This document shows, piece by piece, positions 28,001 to 38,467 of a DNA stretch of 64,000 bases (its first letter is position 1; each line of letters opens with the position of its first letter). Position numbers and translations under genes: made by a program. This DNA is from Amphiscolops sp. MND2022. Taxonomy: Eukaryota. The notes below the pieces were generated by a model, which saw only the letters and a program-made list of their open reading frames with translations, was not told the origin of the DNA and made no database searches. Location: assembly GCA_964187785.1 (NCBI GenBank), contig OZ076409.1:52454001-52518000 (forward strand), written 5' to 3'.

Positions 28001-30456
28001 AAGGCATCATCGAAGACAGTCAAATTTAAGTTTGCGCCTTTTTCCTGCAAAATTTCAGCCCATTTCCTGAAAGTATCAATTTCATTTTTCCTGTTTATCA
28101 CGTTGTCACGAAATGTTTTGACTGAAAGAATTGTCTTGGTGACTTTTTCATCGTTTTCGTCGCAAAGTATTTCAAAACATTTCCCGAACTGACACTCTTT
28201 ATCTTCAATTCTTCTGAAGTCTTGAGCAGAAATGTCTGCTGTTTCCAACCTTTTTTTAATCTCGCGGAAAGACATGGCGTAAATATGCAATGGCGATCCC
28301 AAAATAGTTTGAACAATATCTTGATGTTGTCTTAGAAGTTTGAGAATGTCAAAACAAAATTCGAACTCGATGAAGGCGATACTAGCTTCTAAATAAGATT
28401 TTGGTACAGAAGTTGGAAATTTATCTTTTATGATACTGCAGAAAGCCTCTACAATTTTCGGCACCTTTTCCAGCAGTTTCGAAAAATAAATGTCGTTATG
28501 ATAGATGTCAACGTTTTGTGGAAGCGAATCTATGACAAATTCTTCCAGAAGATTTTGAAGGTTTTTGTAGTTTTTCAATCGAAAACCTTGGTCTTTTGCT
28601 GCCTGCACCATCTGTGGCAACTCATAGCAAAATTTTGGCGCGGCTTCGGCAATTTTATTGTTTTCGAACCATTTTTTCTTCACTCGGTTCATTTGCTCAT
28701 CCAAGAAAGCTTTGGTTGACGGTCGTAGGCCATTTCTATGAGCAAAAAGGTTACACCAATGAAAAACATCCTCGCTGTCAAATACAACTTCTCGAAAGTT
28801 GAACATTCCAAAAATGCTTGCAAGGAGTTCATAAGCATGTGATTTTTCCTGCTCCGAATTTTCCGCTTCTGAGATTCTGTCGTACAAAGCTAGCAGATCG
28901 AGGACCATGTGCGAAAAGCGTTTGAGTATAATGCGTTTGGCTGCTGAAAGGTTTGGTGCGGTTTTCTCCTCGTTGTCACAAAATACACTCATCAGAGTTG
29001 ATGTCAATTTCATCATGGCTTCAATATCATCACTGCAGAATCCATTGTCTTCTTCAAAAGATTTTTCTACAAGTTCGAGAATGAATTTCGAAATTCGATC
29101 CTGGGCAGAATAATGCTCTGACAAACATTCCAGCAAATCCACTGAGGGTAAAAAAGCAAATTCATCTAAATGTGATTGGACATCTAACGAATTAGATGAG
29201 ACTGCCAACAATAATAAATTCTTCAATGTAGACCTGTTTATATAAATTGGCTTCTGCGTGAAAATGACATCATTGGTGATAGAGTTCGTGTTGTAAATTT
29301 TCAATGGTTGTCGGTGTCCGTCAAGGTAAGCCCAATTGAGCAAAGCGGGAAAGAAAGAACTTCGAGTAAACTCAGTTGATAAATCATTTGCCATCTTTTG
29401 GCACGATGTGCGCAAATAATCACAGATCTCAGACAAGTTTTCTATTCTGTCAGCAAGAAGTTTGGACAGTTTTTCGTGCTGGTTTTCTTCTTTAACACAA
29501 ATCCATTCCAGAAATGTTTCACAATCTTTCAGTGGCAATTGATATTTTTGGGTAACCTCAAGGCCTATCAGTATCAAAGTGATTGCCAATTCAAAAACAT
29601 TAGCATCTATTGATGGCATAGCATTGGTGGAAACCATGTTGTACCACCTTGATAATGCTCGTTTCATTAAGTCTTCCTTGCACGTGATGATGTTTTTTGG
29701 GGGAAACGATGGGCCAGGGGTCAATTTTAAAGTGCACACTGATTGTAAAATAATAAACCACGTCTCTTGCATTTCAAACCATATATTCGAGTATCTAAAG
29801 CGAGGTAGAAATTGTTGCATCAGTGCTTCAGAATAATAGTCAATGGCTGTCAAGTTCTGCTGTTTCACTGGTTTTTCTTTGCTTTCAATGACTTCATTAT
29901 TCCCTTTCTTATGGAACTTGATGAATCCGTCATAATGACGCAGAGTCAATCCGTTCCCCTTTCTAAGTTCCCGAAAAAACTCCGGTCTCTCATCATTTGT
30001 TAGATCACTGCAGGAAGCAGACACCAAGAGGTAGTTGTATAAAATTTTTTCGAAATTTTCATTATCCAATCGCACATAAAATCTCATCCAAAGAAACGTT
30101 TGGCTTGCAAAAGCAATGAAACCTTCTGTGAACTGTATATCTTTCTCGTCCACGTTCGTTCGCACAAAAATTCGTACAGGTCCTTTGTCTTGCAAACCTG
30201 TATGTTCTTTTACAAGTGCATTTAACTGCAGAAACGTTCCACATTGATTAATTAAACCTTCTTCATCTGGATTTTTAACAATACTTCTCAGAACGAAGTT
30301 GCTGTTTACTCCTTCTTCACAAAAATGGATTTCTTCTGCATCAGGACTCTCACATTCGTCATCATCTAAGCTTTTGGAACCAGAAGAGACGCGAAAAGAG
30401 CATGATCGAGCTCTCTCCGGCGACAATGTCGCTTTCCTCAATTTAGCTGCAGCCAT
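825..30456 (-). CDS. RNF213: RNF213/mysterin-like giant AAA+ ATPase (E3 ligase family), 5' part; spliced, at least 7 exons, continues beyond the left edge
   Basis: The joined exons give RNF213-like blocks in the expected order: '[33 protein letters not shown]', 'LNYFNGQQL', 'GKPNLVVC', '[27 protein letters not shown]', P-loop '[15 protein letters not shown]', 'IIHIDV', 'FQRPYQYL'. Similarity to mammalian RNF213 is recalled, not searched; orthologue versus paralogue is unresolved. Confidence 0.85.
1325..1456 (-). CDS. RNF213: RNF213-like exon ([44 protein letters not shown]); not in ORF track
   Basis: TTTTTAG|GTA ... CAA|GTAAGT, 132 nt, phase 0/0, after a 71-nt intron. It resembles the RNF213 segment 'FLFKLLIL..L.D..G' that follows the HxD strand. 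Confidence 0.85.
1528..1706 (-). CDS. RNF213: RNF213-like exon ([10 protein letters not shown]...IIHIDVSNN)
   Basis: Acceptor CCAG|GA AAA TCT (phase 1), donor AAT|GTAAGA (phase 0). Carries the Walker A lysine and the Walker-B-like strand IIHID. Confidence 0.85.
2170..2609 (+). mobile_element. Non-autonomous Helentron-like element (HINE/DINE-1-like), complete copy
   Basis: 5' T-run plus subTIR AGTCGGCGC folded into a hairpin; central repeats; 3' subTIR GCGCCGACT followed by a CGGG..CCCG stem-loop and TTGTT; T-rich insertion site. Confidence 0.7.
2766..4235 (-). mobile_element. Ty3/Gypsy solo LTR (about 1.47 kb) containing a decayed Gag N-terminus
   Basis: Flanked by the 5-bp direct repeat GCTAA (2761-2765, 4236-4240). 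Starts TG; the other end is TA rather than CA. Internal ORF from ATG 3332 ([34 protein letters not shown]) is homologous to the LTR-encoded Gag start at 21743. Confidence 0.7.
5584..5721 (-). CDS. RNF213: RNF213-like exon ([44 protein letters not shown]); not in ORF track
   Basis: Manual translation. It ends TCA G|GTTACT (phase 1), supplying the first base of the Gly in the GKS P-loop. The acceptor is at either 5721 or 5713. Confidence 0.75.
5900..6410. repeat. CATG-rich quasi-palindromic repeat, probably a decayed non-autonomous DNA transposon
   Basis: Dense CCATGG/TCATGA/ATCCATGA(A/T)TCATGGAT motifs, ending in GACTGGG; no matching left terminus found. Confidence 0.5.
6600..8445 (-). CDS. 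RNF213: RNF213-like long exon (stalk, UBA-like insert, start of AAA region); 3' donor uncertain by about 40 nt
   Basis: 634-aa ORF. Acceptor TTTTGCTTTAG|CT CCC CAA is phase 1 and completes A+CT=Thr. This exon has the strongest RNF213-like motifs. No clear donor was found before the stop at 6557. Confidence 0.85.
9125..12790 (-). mobile_element. Decayed BEL/Pao LTR retrotransposon internal region (gag knuckles-protease-RT-RNase H-integrase)
   Basis: Motifs [65 protein letters not shown] and [15 protein letters not shown]. Many stops and frameshifts; no LTRs recognised. Confidence 0.9.
10098..10335. repeat. Tandem duplication of about 125 bp inside the BEL/Pao remnant
   Basis: Two near-identical units TCTGATAAGGAGTA...TCTGATCTGAATCCACTTTTGATCTGAATCCTATTTT. 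Confidence 0.85.
13430..22343 (-). mobile_element. Decayed Ty3/Gypsy element 1 (5' LTR about 21015-22343, gag-pol to about 15401, antisense ORF region, no 3' LTR)
   Basis: LTR end ...GCGACA is followed by PBS-like TGGTGAC at 21014. Knuckle CNYCKKPG, protease GLVDTG, RT 'CAPSVDEIG', RNase H ILTDNK, integrase 'KRTHASLK', pol end [13 protein letters not shown]. Outer boundaries are approximate. Confidence 0.85.
13740..15225 (+). pseudogene. Decayed ORF(s) of unknown function, antisense to the Gypsy pol
   Basis: ORF pieces 14435-14764 and 14807-15067 are in one frame separated by a single stop; 13801-14121 lies upstream; a basic/acidic tail ([16 protein letters not shown]) is in a shifted frame. 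Confidence 0.55.
22625..22985 (+). mobile_element. Truncated HINE-family fragment
   Basis: Family central repeats (TTTTCGGCACT.TG.GACT, TTTTGCAACAGAATGGATG) and TTTTGAGCCTTAGAT, truncated before the 3' subTIR. Confidence 0.7.
23010..23105. repeat. GC-rich tandem repeat, about 30-33 bp unit, about 3 copies
   Basis: GGTGGCCACCGGTGGGGCTGCGATGGGAA-like unit; this explains the apparent ORFs on both strands here. Confidence 0.85.
23986..24139 (-). CDS. RNF213: RNF213-like exon (EKLEELNV...[10 protein letters not shown])
   Basis: Acceptor TTTTCAG|GAA (phase 0) and donor CAA A|GTTAGT (phase 1); both match the neighbouring exons. Confidence 0.85.
27466..30456 (-). CDS. RNF213: RNF213-like first long coding exon (divergent N-arm/stalk, 997 codons)
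   Basis: 1009-aa ORF with donor ATG|GTGAGT after FDKM (phase 0). A TTTGTTTAG acceptor 14 nt before the ATG implies an upstream exon, either UTR or coding. Confidence 0.85.
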
Positions 30457-30899
30457 TTTGTGAAAACCATCTAAACAAACGATTCAATCTTTGAATAGGA
30501 GACAAAAAATAGCAGTGGTGGCGCTGCGGCATTTTTGTATCATGGAATCATAAACTTTTACGGAAAGATGAAGGAAATCTCATCTACTTTTCGAAATAAT
30601 GACAGCTGAAGGAGAATATACCGGTTCTCAGTGGGCGTCTAGTTTAATCGATGTGCTCTCCAATTTGCCTAAGCAGATCAGGGCAATTTCTGCAGAGGAG
30701 AACCTAATAAGTGTGTTGCTGGAAGCACTTGACAATTGCCATTCACGAAACCACGAAACGTAAAGGACCAAAATTTTATCGTTTGAAACAAAATGAGACT
30801 ATTAAAATTGCTGTTTGAGTTTTTCGACACTTTTTGTTTCATTTTCGAGGCATTTTATAATATTGAGAGTTGGGGAAAAAGTGGATTCCGAGTCTTACC

Positions 30900-31150
30900 G
30901 AGCATGAAAAGAACCATTTGGGTGTTTTGAAACAGCTTTCTGTGCGTTTTTCATTTAAAAAACGTTCTGTGCATATTATAAAAATTTTTCGCTTTTTGAG
31001 ATTTGAATTTGCGCCGACTTCAGACGTTGCCGTATTGTTGATCCCTATTCCTCAAAAAAAAACGACATACCTTAAATGTATTCATGTTGTTTTTAGTCAG
31101 CGCTTGTAAAGTAAAAGAGCCCGACTATAACAGTCACAGTTTTTTAGCTA
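30900..31150 (+). mobile_element. Degenerate HINE 3' end followed by another HINE 5' end
   Basis: GCGCCGACTTCAGACGTTGCCGTATTGTT (about 31010-31039) and TTTTAGTCAGCGCTT..GCCCGACTATAACAGTCAC (about 31090-31140). Confidence 0.55.
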
Positions 31151-31449
31151 TTTTGCGCCCACAATTCATATCGGAACGGAAAACAATTAAATCAGACGCT
31201 TTATTTTTCAAAATTTCCATAATCCAAAGTTATATTCATGATGAAGTGTTTCACCCACAAACTTCAACTGACGTCAATTTAGTTTCATGCGATATGTAAA
31301 TGAGAGAATTTTGGACTATTTTAGTTGACCCCAGAGACACCCAGAATGACCCAAAAACGACACCAACAAGGACAAAAATTCCAGAAAGACACAAAAACGA
31401 CGAGGTCATGGTTGCACTGCTAAACTGACCAAAATGTACTTTGGCTATT

Positions 31450-34400
31450 AAACTCGTTTTGAATTAGAACAAGACGCCAACTAAGCATCGGGATATATTC
31501 TGCCTTCTTCGCCTTCACCAACTGAGTTAGAGCCCTTTTTCTGGGAGAGGGGAAAATAATTTAAAGTACAAGATCTTATTTTCTTTTCTTATCCCCCCTC
31601 TCATATATACGTCTAAATTAAGCCCCCATTTGCGGGAGAATGTTGAGGTTAACAATTTCTAACTGGAGTAAAATTAGAATAGTAGTTCAGTAGCCAAAAG
31701 CTTTGTAGTTTATTGGAGTTTCTTGGTATTTAGAAGTTTAGTAAAGTACTAATATAGAAGTTTTGAAGGAAGTGCAGTCTTCAGTCCTCATAAAGTTAAG
31801 AGTTTGCAGGCTAAGGGGTCTGTAGTTGTCATGCAGGGTACAACGGAAGAAAAAGTGGTAAGCATTTTCTTCAGATAAACCACAGGAGCACATAGGTGAT
31901 GCACGTTTATACATTTTCCACGATAGTTCATTATATCTTGGAGAATTGCCGAAGAGAAGTTAGCCTATCTTATTTGCTCCCCAGGGGTGGCCGTTCACCA
32001 AGGGATTGAATGTAGAGCCAGAGGGTTGTACAAGAAAATGTTTCAAGAAGCAGGTACTCGTAGGACAACGCCAACGTTGATTCCACAATCTCTTTATAAA
32101 TTCAGCTACCATTTCTTTATTTTAAAAACAAGTATCATTATTAATGTTAAAGTATTTAATATATCTATTCAGTGAGCATTGAAGGTTATGCGATGTGCTT
32201 TTAACATGAGCTGCTGAGACAAGGTCAGATTGTAAGATAACTTTGATCAGAAATGTGATGTCGAGCGAGTCGCCGTACAAGTCCAGAGGAGGAATTCCTA
32301 GCAGGACCTCGCTAGCAGCAAAAGGAGGTGATATACAATGTCTTGATATCGATCGAATAATGTTGTTCTGTAACTTATTGAGATCGGATGTTTTTTTGTC
32401 TCCCGATTGGTGCGGCGTACATTATTTGTGGCAGAATTACTGTTTTGTAATGTCGGATTAGAGTGGGGATGCTGAGATCCCATTGTTCTGCACATTTGCT
32501 CAGTATGATGCGCCAGTTTCTTGCTGCTTTGACCGTGACCGTTTTCAAGTGTTCATGGTAGTTCAGCTTGTGGTCGATAGTAAGTCCAATAGACTTTGTG
32601 CTCGATACGAGTGCACATGTATCAGAATTTATCGTAGGCAGATTGATTGCAGACATCTCACAGTTTAGCAGCATCAATTCAGGTTTGGATCCGTTGACCA
32701 CCATTCTCCATTTCCGATACCATAATTCAATTTCTCTCGAGTTCAACCGAACTTGAAGGTCTTCGAGATTTTTACCTGTAACTAGAACAGATGTATTGTC
32801 AGCAATTTTGAAACTGTTCAGATGTGTTGCCGAAAAGTCATTGATGTAGATAATGAACAGAAGAGGCGATATTACACTGCTTTGGGGGAGCCCTGTCTTT
32901 GTAACAAAGCATTCCGGTTTGTAGTTGCTAATTCGTATAAACACTTTTCTGTTTTGGAGCAAAATGTTTATAATGTTTAGGCTTTTTCCAGAGACCCCAA
33001 AATGAATTAACCAGTTGTAGAGTCCGTCAATCCAAACGCTGTCGAACGCTTTCTCTAAGTCAACGTTTAGTAGTGCTGTGCTTAGCTCGGAAACCTTCTT
33101 GCTGTTGCTGTAACAAGATATTTCGTTTACTGTGCAGGATCAATTGTTTGGTTATAATCCTTTCCATTAGTTTTCCCATGTGGCTGGAAATTGTCAGTGG
33201 TCGGAAACTAGAACATTCAGAGTAGGTTTTTTTGTTTGGTTTTCTGATGAAGATAACCTTAGATATGTTCCAAGGCCAGATGCCCTCGGCCCAGCCTTGG
33301 TTGAATATTGAAGGACAGCTAGCTTGGCTCGAGAGCCCAAATGTTTCAGTATCAATATATGTAAGCTGTCAATGTCGTAGGACCCAGTAGGTGGAAGTTC
33401 TTTGAGAGCTTGTTCTTGTTCAGATATGGTTATTTCAATTTCAAAAAGGTCATCATTATGTTCATTCGAATTGAGTGAATTTTTCTCTTTTCACATATTC
33501 ATTGATATTCCTCAAACTTTTGAGTGGAAAGATGTTTGTTTACCTTCGAAAAAAAAACTTCTCGGAATTCGTCGACAATCTCTGACTCCTTGCATGCAAG
33601 TTGACCCGAGGCAGTGCGGATGGGACCAATATTACCAGTTTTCTTTTTATATAGCCTGTTGTAGGTCTTCCAGAAGTCTTCACCTCTTTTGTAACCAAAT
33701 TCTCGTAATAAACTTTGCATCCAAATTGAAGCTTCCAGGGCAAGCAAAATTGCGAAGTGTTCTTTAGCTGAGTCCAGTGTAAGACCATTAGAGTAGTTTG
33801 AATTTAGTCTGAACTGTTTACGACATTTTCGTACCTCTTTACTAGCCGCGGATAGGTCAGCGTTCCTGAAGGGCGTACTGTGATGGCATGATTTTTTAGT
33901 TGGAGTGAATTTATCTGAAGCTTCACTTATTGACTGCTTGATCCCTGACAAAATTTCATTACAATCATCGATTTCAAGTATATCTTTGCTTAGATATTCA
34001 AGTGTATTTGTCCAACTAGTCCAATCAGCTTTTCCTAGCCACAAACGGCTATAAACTACCTTAGAGTACTCCAAAGGAGAGATGTCGAGTAGAACAGGCT
34101 CGTGACATTGTCGAGGTGCTTCAGTGAACAGCTCCACATCATAGTCGCAACTTAGTTCAAAAAAGGTGTGTTGAGTCAATTTTCCACTGACTATGATTAA
34201 ATCAATGATGCTGTTCCCGTTAGATGAGAGAAAAGTAGAGTCACCATAGTTAACAATGGAGAGTTCATTTGGTAAGTGGTTGTAAAGTTCTAAACCATGA
34301 AGATTGTCAGTAGAGCCACCCCAATACTCATGTCTAGCGTTAAGGTCACCCAAATAAATTAAACCGTCAAGTTGGTCACTTTTAAAGAATTGTTGGGCAG

Positions 34401-36900
34401 CTTCCAGTTGTTGAAGGAATGACTTAAGCAGTTTATGCTATTTGGTCTGATGTAAGCAGCAGCTATCAATAGTTTTCCGAGAAGGCCCAAAATCCAGACG
34501 CTGTCTAAGTCTGGGCATTCGAGGTCATTGATTTTTGTATAAAGGATCTCTTGGTTAACTGAAAACGCGACTCCACCAGAGTAACCAGTCTGGGAAGCTT
34601 CCGTGTGGAAGTTGTTGAAGAAGTCAGAACTCAATTTTTTTTGTTTCGTTGAGACAAACGAAGTAGGGACGTTTCTCGTCTAGAAATTTTTCAAGCGCCG
34701 TTCTACTATGTCCACTTATACCACAGATGTTGAATTGTACAGATGTAGCTGTTTAATAATTCATTGTTGTTTTGTAAATTCTTAAGGACAGATTTGGGGA
34801 GAGGAATATCCCTTGCGTTGTACACTTTTGGATTTGGTTCAGGTAAAACTGGCAATCATATGAGTCAGTCTGATGATTATTACCACAGTTGGCACACGTG
34901 GGGTCAAGATGTTTGTTCGGGCAATCCGTGAAGTTATGTTTCTGGCTGCAGTGTCCGCAATAATAATTTCAAATTTTCAGTTTGCACTCACGTGTCCGAA
35001 TTTCTGGCAGTTCTAACATCTAATGATTTTAACTCCTTGTTGTATGAAGTAAGAAAGTCGGTAGAAAAGATCGTCAATAAAAAGACCTTAGTTTACTGCT
35101 TTTGCTGCATCTTCTGCTGAAGAAAATGTTAATCTAACCGTTCCCAAAACTGTATTATCTCGCTTGACAAGTCGGGTGGCTCTAACGTTGGAAAATTCCA
35201 GAGCAAGACTGTCAATGATTGTTTCTTGTGCAATTTCTGCGGGGACACCTCTCACCAGAACTGATCAATTAGGTTGCTCAGGGGAAGAGTGTTTTCTAAC
35301 TGATGTATTGGTGCCGAGAATATTTTCATGCCAAGAGCTGAAAACATCGTCCGCCTCCTGGCTTTTGTGAAATTCGAGGTGAGTATTGCCTCTGGCAGTT
35401 TTGAATGCATACACCAGCTGTTTAAGAGGGAAGAACGTGGCGAAATCTCTCTTAATTTCGATACTGTTTGTGAATTTGTTCGAGTTACTAACTATCAGAA
35501 TTTTAGTAAGATCTCGTTCGATACGTTTGGTTGGAGGGTCTGTGGGTTTTTCCACTGTATTGATTTGCAGGCTTTTCACAGCATCAGCGTAATTAGCACA
35601 GACAGATTGATTTTTCTCCCAAAGCTCATTGATTGTTGAGTTCACTTGTTGGAGTGACTCTTTGAATTCTTTCAGCTGTTGGTAGTATTCAATCCGAGTA
35701 GTTTCATTAGCATCTTGCTATCGGCTGATATTGTCCACCGCGTCGATAAACTTTTTCGAGAGCAACTGTGAAGCTCGAGTGTTACAATTTTTGCAGTACC
35801 AGTGTACATACTCGTATTTTTCAGTATAGGTAAGTCAGCAGCTTCAGTTCTAGCGCAAGCGGCATGATACCACTCATCACAGCCATTGCAGCAAATAGCG
35901 TCCGTCTTAATCTCAGGGTTGTTTTTCTTTTTACATTTGGAGCATTTATCCTCGCGGGATGAGCTAGTTTTTTGGGGGCATGCTTTCGCTGTTGAGGCTA
36001 TAACTCTGCACTTCAGCAAAGTCTCTTCAGCGAAATTAGTTGGCCCAAGAACAGGTTGTAAAACAACAACTAACCTCAATTATTTTTTGCTGTTCCTCTC
36101 TCTACGTCGATGTTTATTAAGTTTCTTTGGCCTTTTTTGGAGAATAATTCGTTCAGGATTGTTGATGTATTTGAATACAACGGAAAGCTGTCTATATTCG
36201 AGTTCCGGTTCGAGATGAAGAGCTTTGTATTTTCCAACAATTTGCCTATTTCTGGTTTTCCTCTTGGGCAAGTTGTCTTAAACAAAAAGAAGATCTTTGA
36301 GTCTATTGTAGATGTTGCTGGTACCGTGTTGTTGGCAATAAACAAGAGCTTTGACTCTGTTATCGTAGGATTTGACAATTTGAAGTAGACTTTCCAGGGA
36401 GATGGGGCAATTGTCATTGTTGCTGAGGGAAGTTAGTGAAATATTAATTACATCGTGCCACAAAATGACTTCAACTTTTTTGAGGGGTTTGTTTTACTGA
36501 AATTGAACGGTTTTTCTTTTATTTATGGCGTTATAATTGAAGCTCGAACCAGGAATGGCAATAACAGTTTTACGGAATAACTTTTTTTGGTTCTTTTTTC
36601 GATAGACGATTTATTGCATGATTCAAGGAGCTGGCGCCCAAAATAATGACCATAAGTATTACGAAGAGAGTAGTAAACTGGAACGAACTAACAGGGTACA
36701 GATAGGAAGTAGGGAAGAAGATACAGGAGACAGAGCCAGTAGTTTCTCCAAACTCTGACCAGATAGTTCGTCCAGTCTATGTGGATCAACAATTATCTGA
36801 AACTGACTTATTAAACAGCACAAGGCTATTTAATAAGTTTATCGGAACAGTTCGGCTTTTATCACAACTAGTAACTAAGTGAGAGAGTGTAAAAAAGAGT
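31450..36900 (-). mobile_element. Decayed near-full-length non-LTR retrotransposon (LINE): ORF1 PHD plus zinc knuckles; ORF2 APE-RT-C-terminal Cys/His motif
   Basis: PHD CSKC..ICCNGCDEWYHAAC; knuckles CQKFGH, CGHCSQKH, CANCGNNH; APE FNICG, GDLNARH, SIIDL; RT DLEKAFDSVW, GLPQSSVISPLLFIIYIND; C-terminal CSCG..E...H....C. Ends are approximate. Confidence 0.9.
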
Positions 36901-37876
36901 GAAGTGAAAAATGGAGTTTTGACAGAATTTGGTAAAAAACGCAACACAGATCATGATTTTCCTCCGCCATTTACGTGGGCGGAAAATGATAAACCGTGAC
37001 TTAATAGAAAACGAACGTCTACTTTACGCAAATCTAGAAAGAAAAAAAAGTATTAAAAAGGACAAATTGAAATAATTTCACGCATTTCTGCTGAGACGTT
37101 TAGGCGACGTCAGGACAAATCATTCTCCACCTGAAAGCAAGATTAAAAATAGATCTTCTAATCATAATCATCAGCTAAATTAATTGAAACAAAATTGAGT
37201 AAAATTTTCCAAGTAGGAAACATAGAGAGATCTGAAATAGAAATTATTCTGAGGCCTATGATGAAAAGATTACGCTTTTCTGAGAAAAGGCAACCTAATT
37301 GCACTTTGAACAGCAATTAATGAATATTAGAACAACGAATTGATGGTAAAAGAACAAATATTGCCGCGACGGCTGGTATTACTAAATTAGTGACGTCAGC
37401 AAAACGTCATCAAATAGGCAGCTAGATGAAAGCATTCCAAAGTTTCTGTTGATGTTACGTCACTAGCTTGACATCTAGTTAGAATTTCTTCCAAAAGTCT
37501 CGTCAGGATCTTGTCAAACTTGGCAAACTGCCAAGCTAGCCATGAAACTTGTCAACACTACGACGCACTTTTATGAGATCATACGACGTAAGATCACATT
37601 ACGATACATGTCCCGCAAAAGTGGAAAATGATCACTTGGTGTAAATAGTATTTTGGGTAAAGAAGTCAGTTACTGTAAATTTGTCAAAGACCGTAGTAAT
37701 CAATTAGCAATCAATGGCATATTTTCACCTCTCGCTCGCGTCCAATATTGGTAAGAACTAAAACATAGTGCATTTTACGTCCATCTATTGTCGTATAAGG
37801 TTGAAAGTACTCAGGAGAGTTGAGTGATACTAAAAATCCGATTTAAGGAAACATTTGAACGTTCTCTAGATGGGGC

Positions 37877-37986
37877 ACGGTAATAAGTTCGAACGCATAA
37901 TTTTAATTTCGAATGGACTAATTCGAATTTTCCAAAAACCGGAACAAGTTCGAATCACTGTGTTCGAATTTTGAACTAACTGCCGT
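37877..37986. mobile_element. Small MITE-like element with TTCGAA repeats inside the LTR
   Basis: Imperfect terminal inverted repeats ACGGTAATAAGTTC / GAACTAACTGCCGT and five internal TTCGAA palindromes. Confidence 0.55.
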
Positions 37987-38410
37987 AAGTATAAAACGTG
38001 CCTCTGGCATTACCTCATTTCATCTAGTGCCCCGCGGCCCCTGGGGGCCGCTCATGTTACCATCTTGCTAAGCGAGGTCGAACAGGAGCAAAGACCTAGC
38101 GGGAACGGAGATCGCGAAGCGATCGTAGTGGGAGGTGGTCTTTGCGACGGTGAGGACGAGCGTACATACACCGGATATGCCCCACATTTCAGTCTTAGAT
38201 TCCTTTAGATCCTAGGCGGTGGAGCTCTCTGGATCTTGTGTGAAGGATGTCCAATTACACCGGATATGCCCGGTTTGAAAATTCGAATTTGGTGTCTCGA
38301 AACTATTCCAGGGAGGAAATAAAAGGACGCCAGAGTGGAATGATGTGATCATGTTTGATGACTAATACTAGATTAAGATCTTCGTGTCTTGATAATTGAC
38401 GAAATATTGT

Positions 38411-38467
38411 CGCGAAGTGGGGATCAAGACGCGAAGTGGGGATCAAGACGCGAAGTGGGGATCAAGA
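38411..38467. repeat. Perfect 19-bp tandem repeat x3 in the LTR
   Basis: (CGCGAAGTGGGGATCAAGA)3. Confidence 0.95.

Noticed and set aside
30599..30763. 54-codon plus-strand ORF (MTAEGEYTG...) upstream of the RNF213-like ATG
   Set aside because: Short, with no recognisable motif; could equally be minus-strand 5' UTR.
36076..36463. Overlapping ORFs upstream of LINE ORF1 as an extra gene
   Set aside because: Fragmented, no recognisable domain; treated as LINE 5' region.
38411..38467. Direct repeats as a CRISPR array
   Set aside because: Contiguous 19-bp units with no spacers, in a eukaryotic LTR context.
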